Assembly (NCBI GenBank): GCA_050253415.1
Contig: JBFWJC010000001.1
Location: forward strand, 1,695,660 to 1,759,659
Direction of reading: 5' to 3'
DNA: 64,000 bases
Source of the DNA: Pedobacter sp.
GTDB taxonomy: Bacteria > Desulfobacterota > Desulfuromonadia > Desulfuromonadales > Syntrophotaleaceae
Shown here: piece after piece, positions 30,023 through 40,553 of the stretch
Layout: the number at the start of each line of letters is the position of its first letter
How positions within the stretch are numbered: the first letter of the stretch is position 1
The notes under the pieces: model-generated
Seen by the model: the letters and a program-made list of their open reading frames with translations, nothing else
Database searches by the model: none
Told to the model about the DNA's origin: nothing
Program-made: the position numbers and the translations under genes

Positions 30023-33000
30023 TCATCCTGCCATGGCCTCCAGGGCCAGACGCCTGGCAGTGCCGAGATCCGTTTTTCCTGTACCTAAACGGGGGATTTG
30101 TTCCACCTCCAAGAACATGGCAGGCAGCATGATGGGAATGATTTCGCCGATCAGGCTTTTCTTGATCGCGTCTCCTGACCATTCGGATTTCACCAATGCT
30201 ACGATGCGTTCTCCCTTTTTAGTATCGGGTACCGCGACCGCCACAATCTCGGTTCCATTCGGGGTAATTTTGAGGATGGCGTCCTCTACCGCCGCCAGGC
30301 TGACCATCTCGCCACCAATCTTGGCAAATCGTGAATAGCGCCCGAGAATCGTCAAAAAGCCATCTTCGTCCAGCATCCCCTTGTCGCCGCTTTTATACCA
30401 GCGAATACCGTTTTGTTCGACGAGAGCTTCCCTGGTCCGCTCCTCATCTCCCAGGTAGCCCTGCATTATCTGGGTTCCGCCTATCAGGATCAATCCCGCC
30501 TCATCCGGCGGAAGGTCCTGCAGCGTCTGAGGATCGACGATTCGAAAGGTGCTGCCGGGCAGGGGCAGTCCTACCGTGCCGGGTTTGTGTCCCAACTGCA
30601 CGGAAAAATCGGTCATATTCAAGGCATCGTTGACATTGACGCTGGCGACGGGGGTCGTTTCCGTGGTGCCGTAGCCTTCATGAATCTCCAACCCGAAACG
30701 ATCGCGAAATGCCTGGCGGATTTCGTTCGGCAAACGTTCCGCCCCGGCCACCACCTGTCGCAGGCTGCGGAACATCAAGGGATGCAGCTTTTTATTGCGT
30801 GCGTACATGCCCAGAAAAGTCGGTGTTCCGCACAGAATGGTGACCCCGTGTTCGGCTACCAGGCGGCCGACTTTACGGGCATCGGTAGGATCCGGCTGAC
30901 AGACAAGAGGAATGCCCTGCAACAGCGGCAAAAAGGTGGTAATGGTCAGGCCGAAAGCGTGAAACAGGGGCAAGGTTGCCAGGATGACATCATCCTGGCA
31001 AGCATTGAGCAGACAGCTGACCTGACGAATGTTGCCGACGATGTTGGTGTGGCTGAGCATCACGCCCTTGGGAGTGCCTTCACTGCCGCTGCTGAACAGG
31101 ATGGTTGCGGTATCCTCCCGGGACGCTCGCTTGAAAAATATCGGTCGCAGTATAAAGACCGGTAACACGCGGGCCATGATCAGGCAAAGCAGCAGCGCCA
31201 CCCGGTTCAGGTTGCGTCGCACATCCTCCAGGTAGACCACCTGCCTGCCTTCAAACGCTGCATCCAGATCGAAGCCTTTGGCCCTCAGTCGGGTCAAAAA
31301 GCGCTCCGAAGTCACCACCGTTTTAATCTCTGCTTTATTCATGCATTTGGCCATGATATCGGCACCGGCAGTGTAATTGAGGTTGACGACCGTCTTGGCC
31401 CGCATCAGTAAGGACAGGTTGGCCATAATGCCGCCGGCGCTGGGGGGCAACAAGACCCCGACATTTCTGACTTCGCCGACGAGCTTTGCGAGTTGTTTTG
31501 ATATGGCCAGGCAGGCTCCCAGCAGCCGGGTGCCGGAAAATGAGGTGCCGTCCGCATCGATGATGCAAGTACTGCCCATATCCTTTTTGACTCTTTTGAG
31601 CCAGGATACGTCCAGGGTGTCAAAGGTGTCGCTGTAATATTTCCAGGTTTCGATGGAGAGATGAAAAACCGCGGCTTTGACCTGGCGGGCATCGGCCTCC
31701 CGCGGTAGCGGCTTACCGAAACTGACCGTAACGTCACGCACTGTACCGCGTCCGGTCGTGCGTCGCAGTTTGGCCGACGCGAAGGAAAACGCACTGCCCC
31801 AAAGACCCCGAAGATAAAAAGGAACAATCACGCAATCGGCGTGACGCGCCGCTTCTTCAAAGCCTCGTTTGAATTCGCCAAGTTGACCGTTACGGCTCAG
31901 GGCTCCCTCGGGAAACAATGCCACGACTTCGCCCCGGTCCAAGGCTTTGCTGACTTCCTCCAGGGCGCTGCGAAAACCGCGTCCCGAGATGGGAATAGCG
32001 TGAAACAGATCGAGCGCCCAGCGCCAGTACCAGCGTTCGTAGAAACTGCGTGCCATGACAAAGCGTAACGGTCGGGGTACCGCCAGTTGCAAAACAGCCC
32101 AGTCAAGGAAACTGGTGTGGTTTCCAAGCAGCAGCACGCCGCCTTGGGAGGGGATGTTGTTAAGTCCTGAGACGGTGAGGTTGTAGCGTTGTGACACAAC
32201 AACCCGTAACAGATACCGTAACAACGACTGGGGCAATTTCCACAGGGCATAGATCGTTCCGACCAACACGATGGCCGAGAGTATCTTAAACAGAGGTACG
32301 CTGCTGATCCCGTAGTTTGCGGCCAGTAAGGTGCCGCCCAGAAAGAGCAGCATCGCGATATTTTGCATGAAATTGTTGCCGGCCAAAACCCGTCCGAGAT
32401 CGCCTTCTTTGGCATTAAATTGAATGAGGGCGTTGAGAGGGACGACCAGCATACCGCCGGCTATGCCATACAAGAACAGGAGACTGCCCAGGGCCATGGG
32501 GTGGGTAATGCCGGGCAGCAGGAACAGACAAAGGGTCATGATGACGGATGCGGCGGGGATAAGACCCGTTTCGATATAATTTTTACTGCATCGGCCAGCC
32601 GTCATGGAGCCAAAGAATAAACCCACGCCGCCGACCGCCAGCATCCCTTGGGCGACAACCGTATTGTTTTCGCCGACGGTCGCCTTGAGGTGGGCACCAA
32701 ACGCAGCCAGTAGCACCTGGTTGACAGCCCAGAAGATACTTAATCCCAGCACTGCAAGCCAGATGGTGTTGTTGTCGGACAGCAATCGAAAGTTCGTGCG
32801 CAACTGACGTCCGCTCAGGTAATCGGACCAATCGAGACGTAGTCGCCGATCACCGGGAATGGTCTTTGGCAAACCACGGGTCAAGAGTGTTTGCAATACG
32901 GCACCTGCTACCAGAAAGTAGCCACTGGGCGCGATAGTGCGCAGGATGTCGGCCGGGGTGAGTGCGGAACCGCCCAGTAAATATTCGAAAATGATCGAAT

Positions 33001-33472
33001 AGATCACGCCGCCAGCCAGGATTGCGACAATGGTGACCGATTGCACGATCGCATTGCCACCGGCAAGCTTCTCCTTGCCTACCAGTTCCTTGAGGTAAGC
33101 GTATTTGGCCGGCGAATAGATGGCACTCTGGGCGGCGAGCAGGAAGGTCAGGGCGAAGGCCGGCCAGAACAGGCCAAGGTGGTAACAGAGGACAATCAGT
33201 AGTGTCAGAGGGATGGTTGCGGCGGCACAGAGTTTGATGACGACATTTTTGGCGAAGCGATCAGACAGGAAGCCGCTGGGGGTAAACAGCAGGATGAAGG
33301 GCAACAGAATCAGTGCGTTGACTACCGCCGTCAGGGCAATTTGTTCCGTTCCTTCGTAACATTTGAAGACGATGTTCTGAATGATAATCTTATGACCAAG
33401 ATCGGTTATGGTATTGAGCAACACCACCGCGATATAGGGGGTGAACCCAGGGATGCGAAACATTTGCTTCAT
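30023..33472 (-). CDS. aas: MFS(LplT)-acyltransferase-acyl-ACP synthetase fusion (2-acyl-GPE acyltransferase, Aas)
   Basis: N-terminal MFS (YSPAKY), PlsC NHTSFLD/FPEG, AMP-binding FSSGSEGTPKG, EGYGTTE. Confidence 0.93.
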   Translation of the reverse strand: MKQMFRIPGFTPYIAVVLLNTITDLGHKIIIQNIVFKCYEGTEQIALTAVVNALILLPFILLFTPSGFLSDRFAKNVVIKLCAAATIPLTLLIVLCYHLGLFWPAFALTFLLAAQSAIYSPAKYAYLKELVGKEKLAGGNAIVQSVTIVAILAGGVIYSIIFEYLLGGSALTPADILRTIAPSGYFLVAGAVLQTLLTRGLPKTIPGDRRLRLDWSDYLSGRQLRTNFRLLSDNNTIWLAVLGLSIFWAVNQVLLAAFGAHLKATVGENNTVVAQGMLAVGGVGLFFGSMTAGRCSKNYIETGLIPAASVIMTLCLFLLPGITHPMALGSLLFLYGIAGGMLVVPLNALIQFNAKEGDLGRVLAGNNFMQNIAMLLFLGGTLLAANYGISSVPLFKILSAIVLVGTIYALWKLPQSLLRYLLRVVVSQRYNLTVSGLNNIPSQGGVLLLGNHTSFLDWAVLQLAVPRPLRFVMARSFYERWYWRWALDLFHAIPISGRGFRSALEEVSKALDRGEVVALFPEGALSRNGQLGEFKRGFEEAARHADCVIVPFYLRGLWGSAFSFASAKLRRTTGRGTVRDVTVSFGKPLPREADARQVKAAVFHLSIETWKYYSDTFDTLDVSWLKRVKKDMGSTCIIDADGTSFSGTRLLGACLAISKQLAKLVGEVRNVGVLLPPSAGGIMANLSLLMRAKTVVNLNYTAGADIMAKCMNKAEIKTVVTSERFLTRLRAKGFDLDAAFEGRQVVYLEDVRRNLNRVALLLCLIMARVLPVFILRPIFFKRASREDTATILFSSGSEGTPKGVMLSHTNIVGNIRQVSCLLNACQDDVILATLPLFHAFGLTITTFLPLLQGIPLVCQPDPTDARKVGRLVAEHGVTILCGTPTFLGMYARNKKLHPLMFRSLRQVVAGAERLPNEIRQAFRDRFGLEIHEGYGTTETTPVASVNVNDALNMTDFSVQLGHKPGTVGLPLPGSTFRIVDPQTLQDLPPDEAGLILIGGTQIMQGYLGDEERTREALVEQNGIRWYKSGDKGMLDEDGFLTILGRYSRFAKIGGEMVSLAAVEDAILKITPNGTEIVAVAVPDTKKGERIVALVKSEWSGDAIKKSLIGEIIPIMLPAMFLEVEQIPRLGTGKTDLGTARRLALEAMAG

Positions 33473-33632
33473 AAAAAATCCTCCCCACAGACGGGCGATT
33501 ATTGCTACGCCTGATAGTTACAAATGAAATCCCATTAAACACAATAAATCTTTGCAAAACTACAGAGTTCATTGGTTTATGTCAATGGCCAAAGGCGGGT
33601 TACCCGATACCCTTCGGAAGGTTGAGGTTTGC

Positions 33633-34268
33633 TTATGTCTGTTTTCGCCACGGTGCGTTGACATAGAGCTGGCTCCACCAGACCAGGCTGATTATGATTC
33701 CAGCCGAAAGGCCCGCTGCATGGGCCTGCGGCACAGACGGCCATGCCGTTGCGGTAAACAGTGCTTGATCGTGAAGGGCTTCCAGGGCGATTTTCAAGGT
33801 AGCGGCAAAACCTATAACGACTACCAGTCCACTGCGGCTGGTACGCCACTGTTGCATCAGGCCGGCCGCCAGCAGGGTATTGAGAAGACCCGACAGGCCG
33901 CAATAACGCAAGGGAGCCTGCCCCCACCAGAGCCAGGCATTCACGGCAACCATGCCGCTCGTCATGATGGTGAGAAACTGCCGATGGGAAAACCGGTCTT
34001 CAAACAACCACCCCAGAACCAGTAACCCAGCCATATCCCAACAGAGATGGGAAAGGTCGCAATGAATCAGATGTCCGGTTACCAACCGCCACCACTGGCC
34101 GTGTGTGACCGCTACACGGTCAAAAACCAAAGCGGGGGATGCGGGGCCGGCCACGAGGTAGAGTAAAAGGGCCAGGGCGGCCATGATCAGGGTCAACCAT
34201 GGTACGCCCTGGAGGATATGATGCATATTCAAAGCAATATTATGATCATTTGAAGTCTTGCTTGCCAT
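33633..34268 (-). CDS. rrtA: Rhombosortase (rhomboid protease)
   Basis: GQWWRLVTGHLIH, YCGLSG catalytic Ser, AHAAG catalytic His; adjacent to a GlyGly-CTERM protein. Confidence 0.85.
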   Translation of the reverse strand: MASKTSNDHNIALNMHHILQGVPWLTLIMAALALLLYLVAGPASPALVFDRVAVTHGQWWRLVTGHLIHCDLSHLCWDMAGLLVLGWLFEDRFSHRQFLTIMTSGMVAVNAWLWWGQAPLRYCGLSGLLNTLLAAGLMQQWRTSRSGLVVVIGFAATLKIALEALHDQALFTATAWPSVPQAHAAGLSAGIIISLVWWSQLYVNAPWRKQT

Positions 34269-34276
34269 GGCAGCTT

Positions 34277-36421
34277 TTAACTCCGATTGCGGTTTTTGCT
34301 TTGACCGGTCAGGCGCAGTGCCGCCAGGGGTGCCAGCAATAAGCCGTACCAGAGATCAAGTGCGCCGCCTCCGCCGCCACCAAAAGAAGAGCGAGGCGAG
34401 GTGAACATCGGCTTTGAGCTATCGACCCGGGTCGATTTTGCAGGCTGTACTGCACGCTGTGCCTGAGCTTTGGTTTCCAGTTCGCGACGGGCCCGGTTAC
34501 GGCGCTGAACTCCCCGTTGGGTGAACTGCTCTTCGGACATGACCAGCATCGATGTGTAGTCGGTGACCAGACTGTATTCCAATGCCACATCGGTTATGCC
34601 CTGCTTGAGATCCGCTGCTTCACCGAAATCTTCTATTTCAGCCTGCATATCCTCAATGGACGCATAAGCCCAGAGGCGCTCTACTTCAGGGTTAAGAGCA
34701 GACACCGGGGGAAAGTTAAACTGGGTCTGGTATGTTTTTGCCTCGCCGGCAACCTTGCCGGACAGACGAACGGTTGCATCGCCACCTTTCCAGTAGTGGC
34801 CAAAAATCACCAATTGCTGGCCGCGGTAAAGACTGCCGATGGTGCGGGGTGTCAAGTCGGCTACCTTGATGCCTTCGATGTCGAGTTTGACGCCATGCAG
34901 CGCTTCATGCGAGACCTTATCCATAGCCAGCAACAATTTGCCGACAATGTCATCGGCATTGGAAATGCTCAGGGCAAACCCGTTGGATGCTTTGGTGATA
35001 GCTTCGAGCAGGGGCAGATTGGCACTGTTACCCATGATGAAAGTAAACAGACGGATATCCTTTTTTTCCAGCAGCTGGATAAATTTTCGCTGTGCGGTTT
35101 CACCGACATTGGCCACGCCATCTGTCACCAGTACAATGGCACCGGTTCGATCGGCATCGAGCCCTCGCAGGCCCATTTCGAGGCCGGCAAACAGGTTGGT
35201 ACTGCTTGAGGGGTTGACCTGGGCCACCTTATTACTCCAGGTCGCTACATTCTGCGCATTTGCGGTGACGAAGCCGGAGGTCAGTTCGTGTGCTTCGTCA
35301 TTGAACAGGACAATGCGGAATCGATCATCGGGGCGCATCTTCTTCAAGGCGCGCTGCACGCCATCCGTCAGCGTTGCATATTTGCCCTGCATGGAGCCGG
35401 AAATGTCGAGCACAAAAATCCAGTCGCGGCCTTCGGTGATCGGTTGCAGATCATCGCCGGGCGTCAGGGTCAACATAAAGGTGCCGCGGTCACTGCCTGC
35501 TCCTTTGTGGGCGACCATCTCGACACTGCCTGGGAGCCCCTGCTGATGGCGCCAATAAATAACAACGTCCTGATCCAGACGGTAGCTCGCATGACCTCGA
35601 TTGCCGACCGTCGACAGCTCGTTATGTTCATCTATCGATCCGGAAGAAGGGGTATCAGGGAGAGGGGGCGGAATGAGATCAGGGTTTTGAGCCATGGAAT
35701 CGGTTGCAACGGTCGCAGCCTGGTTGGACAGTTGTATCACCCAGTCACCGTTGGTATCACGATTGATCTGGGCCCCTGGGTGATTGGGGAGACGTACCGC
35801 ATCGACAGGGTAGGAAGAGCGAATGCGCATGTCAAAACTAAAGTGCCCGGTGACTTCATCGTTAGCCGTCCAGAATGCCAGCTTTTCTTCGTCCACTCCA
35901 CCGTCTTCGAGGGGATAGACGTAACTGCCGATGCCTGTATCGACATGGGCCGGTTGCAGGTAAACCAGTCGCATGCGCGTATCCTGTCCGGCGCGGACCG
36001 GGGAAACGCTGATATCAAAGGTTTTGTAGTGATCTTTCTCGGTCAAGCCGGCATCGCGACCGGCGGCTTTTTCCTCTTCGTAAATACGGCGCGCCTCTTT
36101 TTTCTCAAACACCTCTCCCGTCACCGGCTTTCCGTCGATCCACATGCTAAACTCGGCCACGGCAGCGTGTTCCGGAACCGGGCAGGAGTAAATGGCTTCA
36201 AGATCCCGGTCATGGGGGTTGTGAAACACCTGTTCTACGCTGGTTATGGCATAGCCGTCTTCAACGACGACCTTTACCATGTGGTCGTGAATAGCAAGGG
36301 CAGGGAGCGAGCCGTCCTTTGGCGTCAGCAGCCCCGCAGCGAAAACCTGTGTCCACGAAAACAACATGCAGAAGACCATAGATGTTGCTACGGATATTAC
36401 CCATTTTGTTCGTTGTGTCAT
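34277..36421 (-). CDS. Secreted VIT + vWA domain protein with GlyGly-CTERM tail
   Basis: Signal peptide, VEQVFHNP..LEAIY (VIT), DISGSM MIDAS, VTDG; C-terminus SSFGGGGGGALDLWYGLLLAPLAALRLTGQSKNRNRS. Confidence 0.9.
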   Translation of the reverse strand: MTQRTKWVISVATSMVFCMLFSWTQVFAAGLLTPKDGSLPALAIHDHMVKVVVEDGYAITSVEQVFHNPHDRDLEAIYSCPVPEHAAVAEFSMWIDGKPVTGEVFEKKEARRIYEEEKAAGRDAGLTEKDHYKTFDISVSPVRAGQDTRMRLVYLQPAHVDTGIGSYVYPLEDGGVDEEKLAFWTANDEVTGHFSFDMRIRSSYPVDAVRLPNHPGAQINRDTNGDWVIQLSNQAATVATDSMAQNPDLIPPPLPDTPSSGSIDEHNELSTVGNRGHASYRLDQDVVIYWRHQQGLPGSVEMVAHKGAGSDRGTFMLTLTPGDDLQPITEGRDWIFVLDISGSMQGKYATLTDGVQRALKKMRPDDRFRIVLFNDEAHELTSGFVTANAQNVATWSNKVAQVNPSSSTNLFAGLEMGLRGLDADRTGAIVLVTDGVANVGETAQRKFIQLLEKKDIRLFTFIMGNSANLPLLEAITKASNGFALSISNADDIVGKLLLAMDKVSHEALHGVKLDIEGIKVADLTPRTIGSLYRGQQLVIFGHYWKGGDATVRLSGKVAGEAKTYQTQFNFPPVSALNPEVERLWAYASIEDMQAEIEDFGEAADLKQGITDVALEYSLVTDYTSMLVMSEEQFTQRGVQRRNRARRELETKAQAQRAVQPAKSTRVDSSKPMFTSPRSSFGGGGGGALDLWYGLLLAPLAALRLTGQSKNRNRS

Positions 36422-36434
36422 TGTTTCCTCCTGT

Positions 36435-36458
36435 TAGTAAATAAACGATTATTTACTA
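36435..36458. promoter_or_regulatory. Putative TetR operator 2
   Basis: Perfect 10-4-10 palindrome TAGTAAATAA-ACGA-TTATTTACTA immediately upstream of the VIT gene RBS. Confidence 0.75.
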
Positions 36459-36492
36459 TTGTGGGCAAAAAAATTTGCCTCCGGTTTATCGG

Positions 36493-37062
36493 CTAGCTAC
36501 AACCCACCAAGCGCTGACAGGCTTCGATGACCGTCTCTACGGTTTGGTCATTGACGCTCAATCGTCCATAACCATGCATGATCAACGGTTGAAGGATGGC
36601 TCCCATCAAAAGACCGGCCAGTAAAACCGGGTCCTGATCAGAGATGTCGCCTTCCGTTATCCCTCGGCGGATAAAGTTGATGGCCATATCGTTGGGATTG
36701 TTTTTTTCATCCAGAATTGCCTGTTCCGGGAAGTTGTGTTGACTGAGCAGGATAAAAGAGAAACGGTCAGGATGTTGAGCGTAATAACGGTAGATATACC
36801 GTATTGCATCGGCAAGTCGGTCGGAGAACGTCCCCTTGCTCTGCAGGATCGGCAACAGCAAATCGGTAAAGTTCTTTAATTCCTGGGAAAAGAGCTGCCA
36901 TGCCATGGAGTTTTTGCTTTTGTAGTGCCTGTAAAGCGCTCCTTCCGTGGCTCCGGCTTCCATGGCGATATCCTTCAGGGTGGTTGCGGCCAGCCCCTTA
37001 CGGGAAAAAAGTTTGATTGCTGCCGTTTCGATGTTTGTTTTTTTACTGATGGGGCGTGCCAT
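36493..37062 (-). CDS. TetR/AcrR-family transcriptional regulator
   Basis: LFSRKGLAATTLKDIA..GALYRHYKSK HTH; ATG 37062 follows GGAGGG. Confidence 0.92.
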   Translation of the reverse strand: MARPISKKTNIETAAIKLFSRKGLAATTLKDIAMEAGATEGALYRHYKSKNSMAWQLFSQELKNFTDLLLPILQSKGTFSDRLADAIRYIYRYYAQHPDRFSFILLSQHNFPEQAILDEKNNPNDMAINFIRRGITEGDISDQDPVLLAGLLMGAILQPLIMHGYGRLSVNDQTVETVIEACQRLVGCS

Positions 37063-37080
37063 GCTTGATCCCTCCATTGA

Positions 37081-37120
37081 AATTAAGTAAACATTTACTT
37101 ACTAATTGTGGAGCTGTCAA
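37081..37120 (-). promoter_or_regulatory. tetR promoter (-35 TTGACA) overlapped by putative operator 1
   Basis: AATTAAGTAAACATTTACTTACTA (37081-37104) is 18/24 identical to the 36435 palindrome; TTGACA on the minus strand at 37120-37115. Confidence 0.65.
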
Positions 37121-37186
37121 GTGAAAATTATTATTATCTTAAAGAAAGGACCCGGGAAGGGAGGGGGGCAATAAGCATAAAGGACC

Positions 37187-38395
37187 TTAAAATTGGCTGC
37201 CGATCACTTCGAGTCCCAGAGTTTTCAGTTCCTGGCAATGCTCGCGAACATGTTGCCGTGTTTTGCCAAGGATCAGTCCGCTTGCACGCGGTAAGTTAGG
37301 CAAGTGCTCCGTTGCGTCTGGATTACAGGTAACCAGGGGCACGAATAATCCCTTATCCATGGCGGTGTAAATCGCTTTGATCATGCTCTGGTAAGAATTT
37401 GTGCTCCTTAGCCCAGCCAGCCGCATGGCAGGGTCACCATATTTTTTTCTAAGATTGGCCGCTAACAGTAATGTCGCAGTTGAACCGTTAAGCCGAAAGT
37501 TAAGGTCGAATATCAAGATTCTTCCATCTTCCATAATGGCCATATCCATCTCGACACAACCCCAATAGCCATGCTTGTAGCCATTTTCGGCAACCCTTCT
37601 ACCAGCATCGATGGCATCGGTGGGGGCTTGGCAGTTGTCATCGAGCCAGTTACCGATGTATTTACCTTGCATATCGCTTATCTGCTCGGTACTTCCAATG
37701 TAGGATATTTTCCCTTTGGCAGTGATCGCGTAATTGAGGCAGAGATTGCGGGTCATGGGCAGATACTCTTCGGTGACGACATGCCGGCAGTTACGGAATA
37801 AATTCTCTGCGTACTGCAGGTCTTTCAGGTTGTGGCAGATCGCCACGTCACCGCCTCCGCCTGTTGTTTCGTTCGTTGCGGCCTTAATGACTACCGGCAG
37901 TGAGTCATGGACCAGAAATTGTCTGAGCTGCCGGGGCGAAACAATACGACGGGCGGGTAATTGGCCAGCGTCGACCAGATGGGTAAGGTGGCCTTTGTTA
38001 TTAAGAAAAGCGAGTGTCTCCGGGTTGACCCAGTAGGCATCAGGTCTTGCCTCGGAAGGGTGGGGGGCGTGTTGCAATGCGATTTTCAGGCCTTTTCCAA
38101 GCAGGTTACCTATTTGCCGGTCATGTTCCTTGTTGTTTTTATATCGTACGAGATTACGCGCCTCGGCAAAACCAGCATCGCGTAGTAGCTGCATACCCTC
38201 GGCAGTCGCTACGCTGGCGGCACAGAGTACCGGCATGTCGTCGGCAATGGTCAGCATGCCGCCGCTGAGCATCTCTATGGCGATAGGATCCTGTGGCAGC
38301 CAGTTGCGGGTTTTTGGTGACGGGGTGGGGGCAAATGCCAATTCGCCACCGTAGATGTCGCCCAAAGTCATTTCAGGAAACAAATCAGGTCTCAA
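37187..38395 (-). CDS. ATP-grasp-fold protein
   Basis: LNNKG, PVVIKA..TGGGGDV, VTEEYL, DMAI..IFDLNFRLNGS; 4-bp overlap with the upstream gene. Confidence 0.7.
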   Translation of the reverse strand: MRPDLFPEMTLGDIYGGELAFAPTPSPKTRNWLPQDPIAIEMLSGGMLTIADDMPVLCAASVATAEGMQLLRDAGFAEARNLVRYKNNKEHDRQIGNLLGKGLKIALQHAPHPSEARPDAYWVNPETLAFLNNKGHLTHLVDAGQLPARRIVSPRQLRQFLVHDSLPVVIKAATNETTGGGGDVAICHNLKDLQYAENLFRNCRHVVTEEYLPMTRNLCLNYAITAKGKISYIGSTEQISDMQGKYIGNWLDDNCQAPTDAIDAGRRVAENGYKHGYWGCVEMDMAIMEDGRILIFDLNFRLNGSTATLLLAANLRKKYGDPAMRLAGLRSTNSYQSMIKAIYTAMDKGLFVPLVTCNPDATEHLPNLPRASGLILGKTRQHVREHCQELKTLGLEVIGSQF

Positions 38396-39324
38396 GCTAT
38401 TGTCTCCTGGCTATCAGGATCTATAAAAGTCTGTACGGTAGAGCGGGTATGCACCAATGATGGCAGACCTGTAGCAAGATTTTCGAGCAAGTCCATCTGA
38501 GCTTGAGAGGCACTGTTCAGATTGAAGCATGGGGTGCGGTTGGCGTCCAGCAGTACCGCTTGATCATTGACCAACACAAAATCGAACTTGCCGTAATCGA
38601 AACCCATGGCGGCGCGTGTTTGGCGCAAAGACTCAGGGATAGCGATGCCTGCTTCGCGACGTATAATGTTGCTGGCTTTTACAATCGGGTGTGAAGAGAC
38701 CGTTTTCTGGCTCATTTCGGTTTTTCCCAAAAAAATCCACTGACGAAGACAGTAATGATCATCCTCGCGTTCGGGTAGAAATTTTTCAACGACCAGATTC
38801 TTATTCCACCAGACTGCTGAGGGAACTTCCATGGGGGACTCGTAGATGGGATAATTATCGGGAGTAAGGTAACCGCTTAAGTACCAGGGAAGCCGTTTTT
38901 TGATGCTGTCCACCAGTCGGGCAACAGGTTTGCGACGAGCCAGACGTCTTTCCATCCCTCCGCCAAAATTCAGGTCGGTTTTGACCAGCACTCTGCCGTT
39001 GTAACTATCTGGAATGGTAATAATATTAGAGCTTATCTTGCGTTTTGATATAGTGCGGACCCTGCCGTTGATGACGACCGGATACCTTTCGCTAAAAGCC
39101 AGGTAGTTGTCAGGGATGACCGTTAGGTCGATGTGAATGAACAGGATATCGGCGGGTTCAAAATGCTCAATGCCCCGCAATATGACCACCTCGATGCCCA
39201 TTTTTGTCCAAAAATCGATCAAAATATGCAGCAGGTAGGGGGTCTTCTCGAGTTTTTGCTTGGCATGAGTGAGTATGGCAATTTTTATAGGCATGTTCGA
39301 TGGGTCTTTTCTGTTTGCGGTCAT
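38392..39324 (-). CDS. ATP-grasp-like protein
   Basis: LVKTDLNFGG, VVEKFLPE, GFDYGKFDFV..LLDANRTP. Confidence 0.65.
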   Translation of the reverse strand: MTANRKDPSNMPIKIAILTHAKQKLEKTPYLLHILIDFWTKMGIEVVILRGIEHFEPADILFIHIDLTVIPDNYLAFSERYPVVINGRVRTISKRKISSNIITIPDSYNGRVLVKTDLNFGGGMERRLARRKPVARLVDSIKKRLPWYLSGYLTPDNYPIYESPMEVPSAVWWNKNLVVEKFLPEREDDHYCLRQWIFLGKTEMSQKTVSSHPIVKASNIIRREAGIAIPESLRQTRAAMGFDYGKFDFVLVNDQAVLLDANRTPCFNLNSASQAQMDLLENLATGLPSLVHTRSTVQTFIDPDSQETIA

Positions 39325-39334
39325 TGAGTCACGG

Positions 39335-40144
39335 TTACAAAGGATTGCATGTTGTGCAGTGCATTCTGGTGATGTCTGTGGGTTGTTTAACGGGATGGTA
39401 CAGCTTATTCCATCTCCAACCTGGCTTAGTAAAAGATGGTCGAAATCTCATGGTTCCTTTTTTTAACCGGCCTTTATGGTCTTTCGGATTATCGATATAA
39501 AATCTGTTTCTATCACCTTGATTTACAAAAGGTCCGGTACCTCCTATGTCCTGCAACTGGAAACCATTATGAAAAAGCAGGGTAGGTAGCAATTCTTCGT
39601 AATGTCCCGTCCACTGTTCTTGATGCATTCGGTCGATAAAAGACAATGCGTCAGAAGAAATGCGATAGATTGGATTGAAACTGCGATACCTCTCCGCAAG
39701 GGGGATTTCTTTTCTTGGGTGTCGCAGCCCCCACCAATGCCAGTCCGGTTCTTCCTGATATTTACGGATATGACAGGTCAGCAGGTCTGCTCGGCTGGTT
39801 TGATAGTGCCTGAAAAGTTTTTTCCAGTCGCCACGAAAACGTACATCGTATTCAATTACCCAATAAAAATCGTAATGCGGATATTTACGACCGAAATCCA
39901 TGACTGGAAAATGGCCGCTGCCGGGAACGATACTGTCGCTGAACATCGGAAACCCGATATTCCCAAGATCCCGGTTTGTAAACTTATGGATATTACCTGT
40001 GAACGAAGGTGCCTTGTGCCCATGGCAATGAAAAAGAATGAATGCATCACTCCCTTTCACGACAGCTTTCTTTATCTTGGAAAAATCTCCATGACTTTGA
40101 TTATCCGTCAAGTGTGTCAATAATAAATAAACCTGAGATGGCAT
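39335..40144 (-). CDS. DUF3405-like putative glycosyltransferase
   Basis: YDFYWVIEYDVRFRGDW, F.PIYRIS, KLYHPVK motifs. Confidence 0.6.
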   Translation of the reverse strand: MPSQVYLLLTHLTDNQSHGDFSKIKKAVVKGSDAFILFHCHGHKAPSFTGNIHKFTNRDLGNIGFPMFSDSIVPGSGHFPVMDFGRKYPHYDFYWVIEYDVRFRGDWKKLFRHYQTSRADLLTCHIRKYQEEPDWHWWGLRHPRKEIPLAERYRSFNPIYRISSDALSFIDRMHQEQWTGHYEELLPTLLFHNGFQLQDIGGTGPFVNQGDRNRFYIDNPKDHKGRLKKGTMRFRPSFTKPGWRWNKLYHPVKQPTDITRMHCTTCNPL

Positions 40145-40553
40145 GAAGTTTACCTATTGAATTAGTGATAAGTTTTTCTAATTGTGCACCATTTTCTACT
40201 TTTAATCAAATAATTTGCGTGCTTCTCGTTGGTTTTTTTACGATATTTTTAGATTTTTATTAAGTTTATAAAAAAAGTAGTAATTATGTTAGGTATTCCG
40301 ATTTATTTTATAGTGTTTGTGTATTTTTGTTTTTTAAAGTTTCACTTTAATTAACTTAAGAATATGCTGCTAACAATAATGTTTTCGGATATTTGTTGCG
40401 TTATTATGTTTTCATGCAATATTGTGATGCCTTGATTCAAGTTTATGCATAGTTAATAACCTAAAGGTAGTGTTTTCATTTACCATTCTGCTATGAACTA
40501 AACGCTAAAAATGAAAATTCTTCTGAATTAAATTTATTGGAAGACAAAAGAGC

